Assembly (NCBI GenBank): GCA_040767085.1
Contig: JAXGPF010000013.1
Location: 1 to 64,000 of the forward strand
DNA: 64,000 nucleotides
Source: Kiritimatiellia bacterium
GTDB lineage: Bacteria; Verrucomicrobiota; Kiritimatiellia; JAAZAB01
Direction of reading: 5' to 3'
The notes beneath the pieces were generated by a model. That model was given only the letters and a program-made list of their open reading frames with translations, made no database searches and was not told where the DNA came from. The position numbers were made by a program, and so were the translations under genes. Below, piece after piece: positions 37,818 to 46,624 of the stretch (its first letter is position 1; the number at the start of each line of letters is the position of its first letter).

Positions 37818-39092
37818 ATGGCAAAATTCAAGTACACCGCAACCAACGCGCAAGGCGCTGAAAAAAACGGCGTCATTGAATCAGCCAACCGGGCGGCCGC
37901 CCTGGCCAAGTTGCGGGAAGGCGGCCTGTATCCCTCGCGGATCGATGAAGTGGCGGCCCCGAAGACCGCCGCGGCCAAGTCCGCCCCCGCGGCCAAGCGC
38001 GGCGGGATGAACATGGAAATCAAGATTGCCCTGCCGAAATTTCTCCGCCGCGTCAAGAAAAAGCAGTTGATGGTGTTCACGCGGCAATTGGCCACGCTGA
38101 TTGACGCCGGCGTCCCCCTGCTGCGCGCCTTGCAAATCCTCGAAAAACAGGAACAGAGCGGGGCGCTCAAAGCCATGATCGGCGAAATGTGCGAATCGGT
38201 CGAAGGCGGCTCCCCTTTCGCGGAAGCGCTGGCGCAGCATCCCCGGTGTTTTGACCGGCTGTTCATCAACATGGTCCGGGCGGGCGAAGTCGGCGGTGTG
38301 CTGGCGGTGACGCTCAACCGGTTGGCGGAATTCATCGAAAAAGCCGAGAAGATCAAGACCAAGGTCAAGGGCGCCATGGTGTACCCGATCGTCGTGCTGA
38401 TCATGGCCCTGGGCATTACCGGTTTCCTGATGGTGGTGATCATTCCCAAGTTCACGGAAATTTTCCGCGATCTGCTGAAAGGCGCGGAAATGCCGGCCTT
38501 GACCCAGTTCGTCGCCAAGGCCAGCGATACGCTGGTCCACCGGTTCCCGCTGGTGCTGGGGGTCATTGCCGGCGCGGTGATGTTATTCAAGCTGCTGGGC
38601 ATGACCAAGCCGGGGCGCTACCTGCTGGACCGGCTCTCGTTGTCCATGCCGGTGATTGGCGGCCTGCTGAGCAAGGTCAGCATCTCGCGGTTCACGCGCA
38701 CCCTGGGCACCTTGATGAGTTCCGATGTGCAGATTCTGCAGGCGCTCAATATCGTCCGCGACACCGCCGGCAATATGGTGGTGGCGCGGGCCATCCAATC
38801 CGTGCATGACAGCGTGAAGGAAGGCGAGTCCGTGGCCGCGCCCATGGAAAGCGCCGGCGTTTTTCCGTCCATGGTGGTGAGCATGGTCATGGTCGGAGAG
38901 GAAACAGGCCGGCTGTCCGAGATGCTGGTCAAGATCGCCGACAGCTACGATACGGAAGTGGATGCGGCGGTGGACGGGCTCACCTCGATTATTGAGCCGG
39001 TGCTGATCATCTTTCTGGCCGTGGTGGTGGGGACGATTGTCGTCGCCATGTTCATGCCGCTGATTGACATTATTTCCAATCTGCAGGGCTAG
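37818..39092 (+). CDS. Type IV pilus/type II secretion platform protein (PilC/GspF family)
   Basis: FTRQLATLIDAGVPL, NMVRAGE.GG.L, AMVYP, RFTRTLGTL, GEETG.L and IEP...MFMP. Confidence 0.95.
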   Translation: MAKFKYTATNAQGAEKNGVIESANRAAALAKLREGGLYPSRIDEVAAPKTAAAKSAPAAKRGGMNMEIKIALPKFLRRVKKKQLMVFTRQLATLIDAGVPLLRALQILEKQEQSGALKAMIGEMCESVEGGSPFAEALAQHPRCFDRLFINMVRAGEVGGVLAVTLNRLAEFIEKAEKIKTKVKGAMVYPIVVLIMALGITGFLMVVIIPKFTEIFRDLLKGAEMPALTQFVAKASDTLVHRFPLVLGVIAGAVMLFKLLGMTKPGRYLLDRLSLSMPVIGGLLSKVSISRFTRTLGTLMSSDVQILQALNIVRDTAGNMVVARAIQSVHDSVKEGESVAAPMESAGVFPSMVVSMVMVGEETGRLSEMLVKIADSYDTEVDAAVDGLTSIIEPVLIIFLAVVVGTIVVAMFMPLIDIISNLQG

Positions 39093-39161
39093 TTTTGCGC
39101 GGCCGGCGGACCCGCGCGGCGCCGGCCAGTATTCCGCCGGCCTTCCGCTGCGGGACGGCGA

Positions 39162-39800
39162 ATGGTGAACAGCAAACTTGGATTGGATTTTTTCCGGCGC
39201 CCGGATGTGGCGCGCATCGGCCGCGAATTGATCGGCAAGATGCTTTGCACCCGGATCGGCGGTGCGGCGGTCACGACCGGCATGATCGTGGAAACGGAAG
39301 CTTACGGCGGCGTGGACGACCGGGCCTCGCATGCTTTCGGCGGTCGGCGGACGGACCGCACCGCGGTCATGTATCGCGCCGGCGGCGTGGCCTACGTCTA
39401 TTTGTGTTATGGGCTGCATTGCCTGTTCAATATCATCACCAATCGCGAAGAAATCCCGCATGCCGTTTTGATTCGCGCCGTGGAGCCGCGCCGGGGTGTG
39501 GACGTCATGCTGCGCCGCCGCGGCCGGGCGCGCGCGGACCGCGCCCTGGCTGGCGGCCCGGGCGCGCTGTGCCGGGCGCTGGGCATCGCTTTGCGGCACA
39601 ACGGGATGAACTTGACCGGCAATGTCATCTGGCTGGAGGAGGGCGCGCCGGTGCCGCCGTCGCAGGTTTGCCGGACACCGCGGATCGGCGTGGCGTACGC
39701 GGGCGCGGATGCCGCGCGGCTCTGGCGGTTCAGTTTGCGCGGCAGCCCGTGGGTCAGCCGTCCGCCGCCCCGCAGCGATCGCGGCGGCGCGGGCATCTGA
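39162..39800 (+). CDS. mpg: 3-methyladenine DNA glycosylase (MPG/AAG family)
   Basis: IVETEAY, YVYLCYG.H, AVLIRA, GPGALC and RIGV. Confidence 0.95.
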   Translation: MVNSKLGLDFFRRPDVARIGRELIGKMLCTRIGGAAVTTGMIVETEAYGGVDDRASHAFGGRRTDRTAVMYRAGGVAYVYLCYGLHCLFNIITNREEIPHAVLIRAVEPRRGVDVMLRRRGRARADRALAGGPGALCRALGIALRHNGMNLTGNVIWLEEGAPVPPSQVCRTPRIGVAYAGADAARLWRFSLRGSPWVSRPPPRSDRGGAGI

Positions 39801-39927
39801 AATATTTTGGGCGGAAACCTTGAAGATTAAACCTGGCGGCGCGTAAAGCGCGGGAGCCGGCTGCCGGCTAACCGCGCCTTGGCGGCGCCGCCTTGAATGC
39901 GGGCGCGGGCCCGCGCTGGGAGAGCAA

Positions 39928-41391
39928 ATGGGATTCAATGCGATCATGGAAGAAAGCGCCGTGCCGGACCGGCCGCGCGAAGCTTGCGGCCTTTTCGGCG
40001 GGTTCGGCTTGCCGCAGATTTCACCCCTGATTTACCAGGGGCTCTTTTCCCTGCAGCACCGCGGCCAGGAAGGCGCGGGCATGGTGGTCAGCGACGGCAT
40101 CCATGTGCGTTCCTGCAAGGGACAGGGATTGGTCAACGACGTTTTCCGGAAGGATTCCTGGAAAAACCTGCCGGGCCACCTGGGGATCGGCCATGTGCGT
40201 TATTCCACGACCGGCTCCAAGCGCATCCAGAATGTTCAGCCGCTGGTGGTGGAATGCATTGACGGCATCTGGGCCATTGCCCATAACGGCAACCTGATCA
40301 ACGCCCGGTCCCTGCGCCAGCGCTATCAGGAAGCCGGGGCGATTTTCCAGACCAGCACCGACAGCGAAGTCTTGATTCATTTGCTGGCCGACCCGCTTTA
40401 CCGGTCGCGCCCCGGCCGGGTTTCCGGCGCGCTGGGCGAATTGCTGGGCGCCTTCGCCTTTCTTTTGATGACCCGCGACTGCGTCATGGCCGCGCGGGAC
40501 ACCATGGGGTTCAAACCGCTGTCCATCGGCCGGCTGGGCCAGGGTTATGTTTTTGCCAGCGAAACCTGCGCCTTGAACCAGGTGGGCGCGGAGTACCTGC
40601 GCGATGTCCTGCCGGGCGAACTGGTGGTGGCGGACGAGACGGGGCTGCACAGCAGCATCTTCAGCCCGCCGGCCGCCCGGCAGGCGCAATGCATCTTCGA
40701 GCATGTCTATTTCGCGCGCCCTGACAGCTGCCTGTTCGGCGAAAACGTGCACACCATCCGCTGCCGCCTGGGCGAACGTTTGGCGCAGGAACATCCGGTC
40801 GAGGCGGATATCGTCATCCCGGTTCCCGACAGCGGCAACTCCGCCGCGCTGGGATTTGCGCGCGGCAGCGGTATCCCCCTGGATGTCGGCTTCATCCGCA
40901 ACCACTATATCGGCCGCACCTTCATCATGCCCGAGCAGACGCAGCGCGCCGGCAGCGCGGACTTGAAACTGGCAGTGGTGGCGGGTGTGGTCAAGGGCAA
41001 ACGCGTGGTGGTGGTGGACGATTCCATCGTGCGGGGCACCACCGCCCGCCGCCGCGTGGAAGCGTTGCGCCATGCCGGCACGCGGGAAATCCATATGCGG
41101 ATTTCCTGCCCGCCCGTCCGGCATCCCTGTTTTTTCGGCATTGATTTTCCGACGCGCGAGGAATTGATTGCCGGGTCCAAGAATGTCGAGGAAATCCGCA
41201 AGTTTATCGGTGTGGACAGCCTGGGCTATCTCAGCATCGAGGGCATGCTGTCGCAGTTTCGCGACCGCCAGGCTTTCTGCGCCGCCTGTTTCTCCGGAGA
41301 ATATCCGCTGGATGTCAACCGCGTCCAGGGGAAACGCACGCTGGAGGATTTTGTGCCCCTGTTGAATTTCGATCCCCACAGCGGGCGGTAG
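39928..41391 (+). CDS. purF: Amidophosphoribosyltransferase
   Basis: CGLFG, QHRGQE, GHVRYST, HNGNL, CIFEHVYFARPDS and VVVDDSIVRGTT. Confidence 0.98.
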   Translation: MGFNAIMEESAVPDRPREACGLFGGFGLPQISPLIYQGLFSLQHRGQEGAGMVVSDGIHVRSCKGQGLVNDVFRKDSWKNLPGHLGIGHVRYSTTGSKRIQNVQPLVVECIDGIWAIAHNGNLINARSLRQRYQEAGAIFQTSTDSEVLIHLLADPLYRSRPGRVSGALGELLGAFAFLLMTRDCVMAARDTMGFKPLSIGRLGQGYVFASETCALNQVGAEYLRDVLPGELVVADETGLHSSIFSPPAARQAQCIFEHVYFARPDSCLFGENVHTIRCRLGERLAQEHPVEADIVIPVPDSGNSAALGFARGSGIPLDVGFIRNHYIGRTFIMPEQTQRAGSADLKLAVVAGVVKGKRVVVVDDSIVRGTTARRRVEALRHAGTREIHMRISCPPVRHPCFFGIDFPTREELIAGSKNVEEIRKFIGVDSLGYLSIEGMLSQFRDRQAFCAACFSGEYPLDVNRVQGKRTLEDFVPLLNFDPHSGR

Positions 41392-41421
41392 TCCTCGGAT
41401 CGGGGCCGGCCCGCGGGACGT

Positions 41422-42429
41422 TCAGGGCCGGGAATTATACCGCCGCGCCGGGCGCAGGGGAGGCAACCCGAAAATGCGCTCGGCGTTGCCGTGCGCCACC
41501 TGCTGCAGGACCGCATCCGGCAGCCGCAGTTGATGGATGAACCGGGCGTGGCATAAAAAGGTTTGCGTCTGGTAGGCATCGGCGGTGCCCAAGGCCAGCG
41601 AGGAGTCGGTGCCGAACAGTATGCGTTCCTGATGTTTCAGGAAGAATGCCCGCAAGATTTCGCGGTCTTCCGGGTATAATTCGTCGCCCCAGCGCAGGAA
41701 GCCGGCGCAACTGGTATCCACTGCGACATTCGAGTAATTGCGCAGGATGGCGTCCACCCGCTCGAGGCCGATGTGCATCTGGTGCGCGCCGATCAGCGTC
41801 AAATCCGGATGCTGCCGCGCGATTTGCAACGCGGTTTGCAGGAGCAGCTCGTTGGAGGTCGTCGGCCCGGTTTTGGCGTCGCTCCAGTAGGGGTTGGCGC
41901 CGCCGCCGTGGTAGGGCGAGACGCTGACCCGCTGGGTGATGTGCCAGAGCAGGGCCTTTTTAGCGCGGCTGACCGTCTCAAACATTTCCGTCCAGGGCTT
42001 TTGCAGCCAGACATCGTGGCTGGCTGCGCCTTGCATCAGCGGAGAATTGTGCAGTTTCAATCCCAGTGCGCCGTGCTCGAATGCCCGTTGGGCCAGCGCG
42101 GCGTCCGGCTGGTCGTAAGGGACGCGGAACAGCCAGCCGAAACGCGCATCCTGCGCGGCGAGGTCGCGGCAAACGTGAAATGCTTCCGGCCGGCTGACGA
42201 TGGCGATGACCCGGCCCAACCGGAAGGCGTCCAGTTGCGCGAACCAATCTCCCAGGATGCGGTAGAACTCGGCGTGCGTGGTTGGTCGCTCCATGTGATT
42301 GTGGCAGTCCAGCCAGTAGTCCTCGTTGGGCTGGAAATGAAAGCCCCAGCCCCTGGAAAAACCGTTGTCCAGCGTTTCACGTTCGGCGATATCGGGCGGG
42401 CGCGGGTGGCCGGCATGGAAGATAGTCAT
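41422..42429 (-). CDS. Amidohydrolase family protein (Amidohydro_2-like TIM barrel)
   Basis: DCHNH, GLKLH, LLWH, GAH, VDTS, ILFGTD and GNAERIF. Confidence 0.85.
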   Translation of the reverse strand: MTIFHAGHPRPPDIAERETLDNGFSRGWGFHFQPNEDYWLDCHNHMERPTTHAEFYRILGDWFAQLDAFRLGRVIAIVSRPEAFHVCRDLAAQDARFGWLFRVPYDQPDAALAQRAFEHGALGLKLHNSPLMQGAASHDVWLQKPWTEMFETVSRAKKALLWHITQRVSVSPYHGGGANPYWSDAKTGPTTSNELLLQTALQIARQHPDLTLIGAHQMHIGLERVDAILRNYSNVAVDTSCAGFLRWGDELYPEDREILRAFFLKHQERILFGTDSSLALGTADAYQTQTFLCHARFIHQLRLPDAVLQQVAHGNAERIFGLPPLRPARRYNSRP

Positions 42430-42441
42430 GATGGTCAAAAA

Positions 42442-42870
42442 TTACCGGCGCTTGTATTCATCGCTCTTTTTCAACTCCTCCCGCACGCGCTTTTCCGACC
42501 AGCCGTCCTGGATGATGCGGTTGCGGTAGGTTTCCCGGCCGCTCTTGTCCGGCTTGCGCCCGAGAATGTCATCGTAGGCGCGGTCAATGATTTTATCGGC
42601 TTCGGCGCCCTTGTATTCCGCGCTCTTTTTCAGGTCCGTGCGCACTTGATTCTCCGACCAGTCGTCGTCAATCATCCGCTTGCGGTAAGTGCGCATGCCG
42701 TCGGCGTCGGGTTTGCGCCCCAGGATGTCTTCGTAAGCGCGGTTGATGGTCTTTTCCACGTCGTCCGCCGCGGCGGTCGCCGGGGTGCAGAGCCCCAACC
42801 CCAACCCCAATCCCAAGGCGCCCGCCGCCGCCAGCCGCGCCCATTTACGTCCGATTTTTGAATTTAACAT
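42442..42870 (-). CDS. Secreted protein with two ~50-aa helical repeats (DUF4214/phycobilisome-linker-like AY..ILGR.PD motif)
   Basis: Signal peptide ending ATAAA, then two copies of I.RAY.DILGRKPD..G..TYR.R.I.D.WSE..VR..LKKS.EYK. Confidence 0.75.
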   Translation of the reverse strand: MLNSKIGRKWARLAAAGALGLGLGLGLCTPATAAADDVEKTINRAYEDILGRKPDADGMRTYRKRMIDDDWSENQVRTDLKKSAEYKGAEADKIIDRAYDDILGRKPDKSGRETYRNRIIQDGWSEKRVREELKKSDEYKRR

Positions 42871-43006
42871 GTTGATCTCCCTGATTGTGAATAATGCGCA
42901 AACGGTGAAAATATTTCATAAAGATAGGCTTTCGGCGCGATTTGTCAAGCAACATGCGCCTGGATTATTGCTGGCATCAATGCCGCCCGCCTGCTATAAT
43001 CGGAGT

Positions 43007-43495
43007 ATGGATAAAATCATCGCCGGAATTTTCAAGAATTTCAATGTTGTCATGCTGGCGGCCGGGATTGCGGTTGGCCTGTGGACCGGCCGGCCGGGCC
43101 GGCGCGCCGAGCAGCTTTTCCGCTGGGTAAGTTTGCTGGGTGCGGGTATTGTGGGTTTATATGCCGCGGGCATGCACATTTTTTTCGGACCGCCGGCCGC
43201 CGCTAATATCGGCTGGCAACCATCGCCGTTTCAATACGAGGTGGGGATCGCCAATCTGGCGGTCGGGCTGCTGAGCGTCTTGTCGTTCCGTGCCAGCTAT
43301 GCGTTCCGCCTGGCCGCGGTCATGGGCCTCGCCTGTTGGCTTTGGGGGAACGCCGTTGGGCATATCCGGCAAATGATCGTTGCCGGGAATTTCGCCCCCG
43401 GCAACGCCGGCCCCTGGTTCTGGACGGATGTCCTGGTGCCGCTGTTGCTGATCGCTTTGCTGCGCCTGGCCCATTCCGAAGTCCGCCGGGGATAG
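43007..43495 (+). CDS. Multi-pass membrane protein (DUF6790-like)
   Basis: About five hydrophobic segments with IGW..SPFQYEVGIANL, G.AVGHI and GNFAPGNAG motifs. GGAG RBS and TG-c-TATAAT just upstream. Confidence 0.7.
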   Translation: MDKIIAGIFKNFNVVMLAAGIAVGLWTGRPGRRAEQLFRWVSLLGAGIVGLYAAGMHIFFGPPAAANIGWQPSPFQYEVGIANLAVGLLSVLSFRASYAFRLAAVMGLACWLWGNAVGHIRQMIVAGNFAPGNAGPWFWTDVLVPLLLIALLRLAHSEVRRG

Positions 43496-43537
43496 AGTCC
43501 GGTCCCGATTGGGACGGCGTCATGGGCCGCGCCGACT

Positions 43538-44308
43538 TTATGGCAACCCTTTGTTTGCCGGCGCCGGAGGGACGGGTGCGGCCATTGCCCGGATGATCCG
43601 CAAGGCCTGATCCACCAGTTCCCGGCAGGCGATCCATTTCGACGGCGCCATTCCGATGCAGCCATGGCGGACCAGGCCAACCTCGTCCAATTGCCGGCCC
43701 AGGGCGCGGAAATCGAATTTGGGCCAGGCGGCTGCCGGGCCGGCGTCCAGCAACAGCAGCACCTGCACGTGATGGAAGATGGTGCAAACGTTGAAATCCA
43801 CGCCGATGAAAAGATACTTGGCGTTGTATTGATAAAGCTTGTCCCAGGGACTGCACGGGCCAAACGCGCCGCGCGATGCCCAGACGGGGCGGTCCACGGC
43901 ATTTTCACCGCCGTAGGCCAGCGCATGCCCGCTGGTGATGGCGGCAGCGAGCGGGCCGCGGGCGGCAACGGAATGCGTGGGGTTGTCGCTGCGCAGCACG
44001 CCGGGCCGCCGCCGGAATGTTTCCGGAATCAGGCCCGTGAAAGTCGGTTGCCCGGCCGCATGGAAAGCGCGGGCGATTTCTTCCGCCGACAACGCCTGCC
44101 AATCATATTTGCAGAGGGCGGGCAGCACCAGCGTGCCGGTCGGGCCCAGCGTTTCCAGGAAGGCGTCCAACACGGCGTCCGCGCCGCCTTCGACCCGGCC
44201 CATGCTTTTCAACGAGGAATGGAAAAAGACCAGGTCGCCTGCCTGGATGCCCAGGGCGGCCAGATGCCGCTTGATCTGCGGCTTGGTTGTTAATCCATCG
44301 GTATTCAT
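43538..44308 (-). CDS. AAC(3)-family N-acetyltransferase (YokD-like)
   Basis: LGIQAGD.VFFHSSL, V.GGAD, GTLVLP, TG.IPE.FR, RSDNPTHS, FGP.SPW and T.FH. Confidence 0.85.
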   Translation of the reverse strand: MNTDGLTTKPQIKRHLAALGIQAGDLVFFHSSLKSMGRVEGGADAVLDAFLETLGPTGTLVLPALCKYDWQALSAEEIARAFHAAGQPTFTGLIPETFRRRPGVLRSDNPTHSVAARGPLAAAITSGHALAYGGENAVDRPVWASRGAFGPCSPWDKLYQYNAKYLFIGVDFNVCTIFHHVQVLLLLDAGPAAAWPKFDFRALGRQLDEVGLVRHGCIGMAPSKWIACRELVDQALRIIRAMAAPVPPAPANKGLP

Positions 44309-44850
44309 AAATACTGCCGGATGGCATCCAGAGGTTTCCGGATTTTGGGGCGGATGGCCGGCTCCGCGGGATAACCCAGGCAGATCAGGAATTCCAGCCG
44401 GCGGCCCGGCGGCAACGCCAGGGCGGATGCCGCCGCCTTGGCGTTGAACCAGCCGATCCAGCACGATCCCAGTCCTTCCGCCGCGGCTTGCAGCACCAAA
44501 TGTTCGCCGGCGATGCCGATATCCGCCAGATTGAATGGCGTACCGCGCCACCAGCCGGCGGCTGCGGCGGCGAATTTTGACCGTTCGGCGGCCACCGCCA
44601 CCAGCGCCGGCGCGCGGACGGCAAAATTAAAAACCGCGTAGATGCCGCTGAAAGCCGCTTCGGCCAGTTTCTGGCGGGCGGCCGGGGTGTCCGCCACCAG
44701 GAAAAACCAGGGCTGCGAATTGCAGGCGGAAGGCGCCAGGCGCGCCGCTTCCAGGCAACGCTCGATGCAGGGGCGCGGCACGGGATCGGGGCGGAAGGCG
44801 CGCGTGCTCTGGCGCCGGTTCACCAGTTCCAGGAAGGCATCAGCTTGCAT
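44305..44850 (-). CDS. Nitroreductase family protein
   Basis: RRQSTRAF, AARLAPSACNSQPW and GLGSCWIG. Confidence 0.93.
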   Translation of the reverse strand: MQADAFLELVNRRQSTRAFRPDPVPRPCIERCLEAARLAPSACNSQPWFFLVADTPAARQKLAEAAFSGIYAVFNFAVRAPALVAVAAERSKFAAAAAGWWRGTPFNLADIGIAGEHLVLQAAAEGLGSCWIGWFNAKAAASALALPPGRRLEFLICLGYPAEPAIRPKIRKPLDAIRQYL

Positions 44851-44861
44851 GACTTGCGGGT

Positions 44862-46442
44862 TCAGCCAAAATCGTAATAAACCGCGGAAACCGCCTGAAT
44901 GGAACGGCGGATTTCATCCAGCACTTCGGCGGGCACCGCCTGGTTGACGCGCAGAATGGCCAGGGATTGGTTGCTCTTCGCGTGATGCGGGTTGCGCGTG
45001 TCTTCGATGTTGATGTTGGCCTGGGCCAGTTTGACTCCGATCTGGCCCAGGACCCCGGGGCGGTCGCTGTAAATGAAGAAAAGCGTCGGACCCCGCGGCT
45101 CGAAATAGAGCTGATCGAAGTCGTTGATCCGGGCCACCATCAGCGTGCCCTCGGCCAGGGTGCCGCGGATACTGACGCGGCGCAGGCTCCCGGAGTCCTG
45201 GCTGGCAATCAGGTCAATCGTGAGCGAGTTATCGAACTTTTTGCGCGGATCGGTCGCGCGGTTGTTGAATTCGATGCCCATATCATTAAGATACTGCCGG
45301 GCGGATTTGTGATCCAGCGGCTGATCGACCTTGTCGCCCAGCGCGGTGACCACCGGAATCGTCAGCCAGTCGGAAAACGGCGCCAGCGAACCGTAAAAAC
45401 TGGTTTCCAGCGTCTTGAGTTGTGTGCCCGGCCCCAGCAGGTGGCGGCAAAGCCTGGTAATGATGAAAGCCAGGCGGCCGTAAGCTTCGTTCAAACCTTC
45501 GGGCACTGCGCGATTGACGATGAAACTGGTAATGCCCGATTCGTCCAGCGCGATCAACTCCTCCGCCGCGCGCCGCGCGGCGTTGGTGTTGGCCTCGACC
45601 GTGCTGGCGCCCAGGTGGGGCAGCATGATATCCGCGATGTCGGCAATCGGTTTCGGCCCGGCGGCATCCTTGGCGTACACGTCGTTGAGGAAACGTATCT
45701 GGCGCTCCGCCTTAACGCGGCGCAAGGCCTCTTCGTCAATGATGCCCGCCCGCGCGCAATTGATCAGCGTCGCGCCGGGGCGCATGCGGTCCAGCAGGCC
45801 GGCATCGATCATTTTGCGGGTTTCGTCGTTTTCCGGGATGTGCAGCGTGACGTAATCCGCCCGGGCAAACAAATCCGGCAATTCAACCAGTTCCACTGCC
45901 ATCTCGTCCGCGCGCTCCTGCGAGATCATGGGGTCGTACCCCAGCAGTTTCACTTCAAATCCTGCCAGCCGGCGGGCCACCAGTTGACCTATGTTGCCCA
46001 GACCCACGATGCCGACGGTTTTACCGGTGATTTCGCGGCCCATGTAACTGTTTTTTTCCCATTTGCCGGCGCGCGTGCTGACGTCGGCGGGAATGACATG
46101 GCGGGCATCGGCAAACATCAGGGCGATGACCTCTTCGGCAACGGCATTGGCATTGGCCCCCGGGGTGTTCATGACGTCAATGCCGCGCTTGCGGGCGTGC
46201 TTGATGTCAATATTGTCATAGCCCGAGCCGGCGCGCACGATGACTTTCAACCCGGGCAGTAAATCCATGATCTCGCGCGTAATTTTTTCGCTACGGACGA
46301 TCAGGGCATAGGCATCGGGATGGGCTTTGCAAAAGTCCGTCAGATCGGCAGGGACTTCCTGCACCACCCGGTACTTGCCGTGCGCTTCCAGAACTTCGCG
46401 GGCCACTGCTTCCAGTTTTGTCGGAATTAATATTTTTTTCAT
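44862..46442 (-). CDS. serA: D-3-phosphoglycerate dehydrogenase with C-terminal ACT domain
   Basis: RAGSGYDNID, NTPGANA, GLGNIG, NCARAG, PHLGAST.EA and DRPGVLG. Start at MKKILIP. Confidence 0.88.
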   Translation of the reverse strand: MKKILIPTKLEAVAREVLEAHGKYRVVQEVPADLTDFCKAHPDAYALIVRSEKITREIMDLLPGLKVIVRAGSGYDNIDIKHARKRGIDVMNTPGANANAVAEEVIALMFADARHVIPADVSTRAGKWEKNSYMGREITGKTVGIVGLGNIGQLVARRLAGFEVKLLGYDPMISQERADEMAVELVELPDLFARADYVTLHIPENDETRKMIDAGLLDRMRPGATLINCARAGIIDEEALRRVKAERQIRFLNDVYAKDAAGPKPIADIADIMLPHLGASTVEANTNAARRAAEELIALDESGITSFIVNRAVPEGLNEAYGRLAFIITRLCRHLLGPGTQLKTLETSFYGSLAPFSDWLTIPVVTALGDKVDQPLDHKSARQYLNDMGIEFNNRATDPRKKFDNSLTIDLIASQDSGSLRRVSIRGTLAEGTLMVARINDFDQLYFEPRGPTLFFIYSDRPGVLGQIGVKLAQANINIEDTRNPHHAKSNQSLAILRVNQAVPAEVLDEIRRSIQAVSAVYYDFG

Positions 46443-46576
46443 AGTCCGGAATGGTAGGGTTACAGGATTAAATGTTTGATGCCAGGATGCAGTTATGCGA
46501 ATTAAACGAAGCAATTGTAAGTCATAACACATTCGTCTGCAATAAAAAACCGGTTGGCCGAAGGGCGCATATTTAT

Positions 46577-46605
46577 TTGACATATTAGTGTTGAATGATT
46601 AGCAT
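46577..46605 (+). promoter_or_regulatory. Sigma70-type promoter for the 46625 gene
   Basis: TTGACA-N17-TAGCAT in an AT-rich divergent gap. Confidence 0.55.
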
Positions 46606-46624
46606 ATGGTTATAAAAAATTTGT

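Noticed and set aside
39801..39927. Purine, ZTP or PRPP riboswitch upstream of purF
   Set aside because: Only generic GC hairpins are present; I see no riboswitch consensus.
43538..44308. Acquired aminoglycoside-resistance cassette
   Set aside because: No integron, IS or composition shift, and the gene is embedded in a chromosomal operon. Family membership alone does not show resistance.
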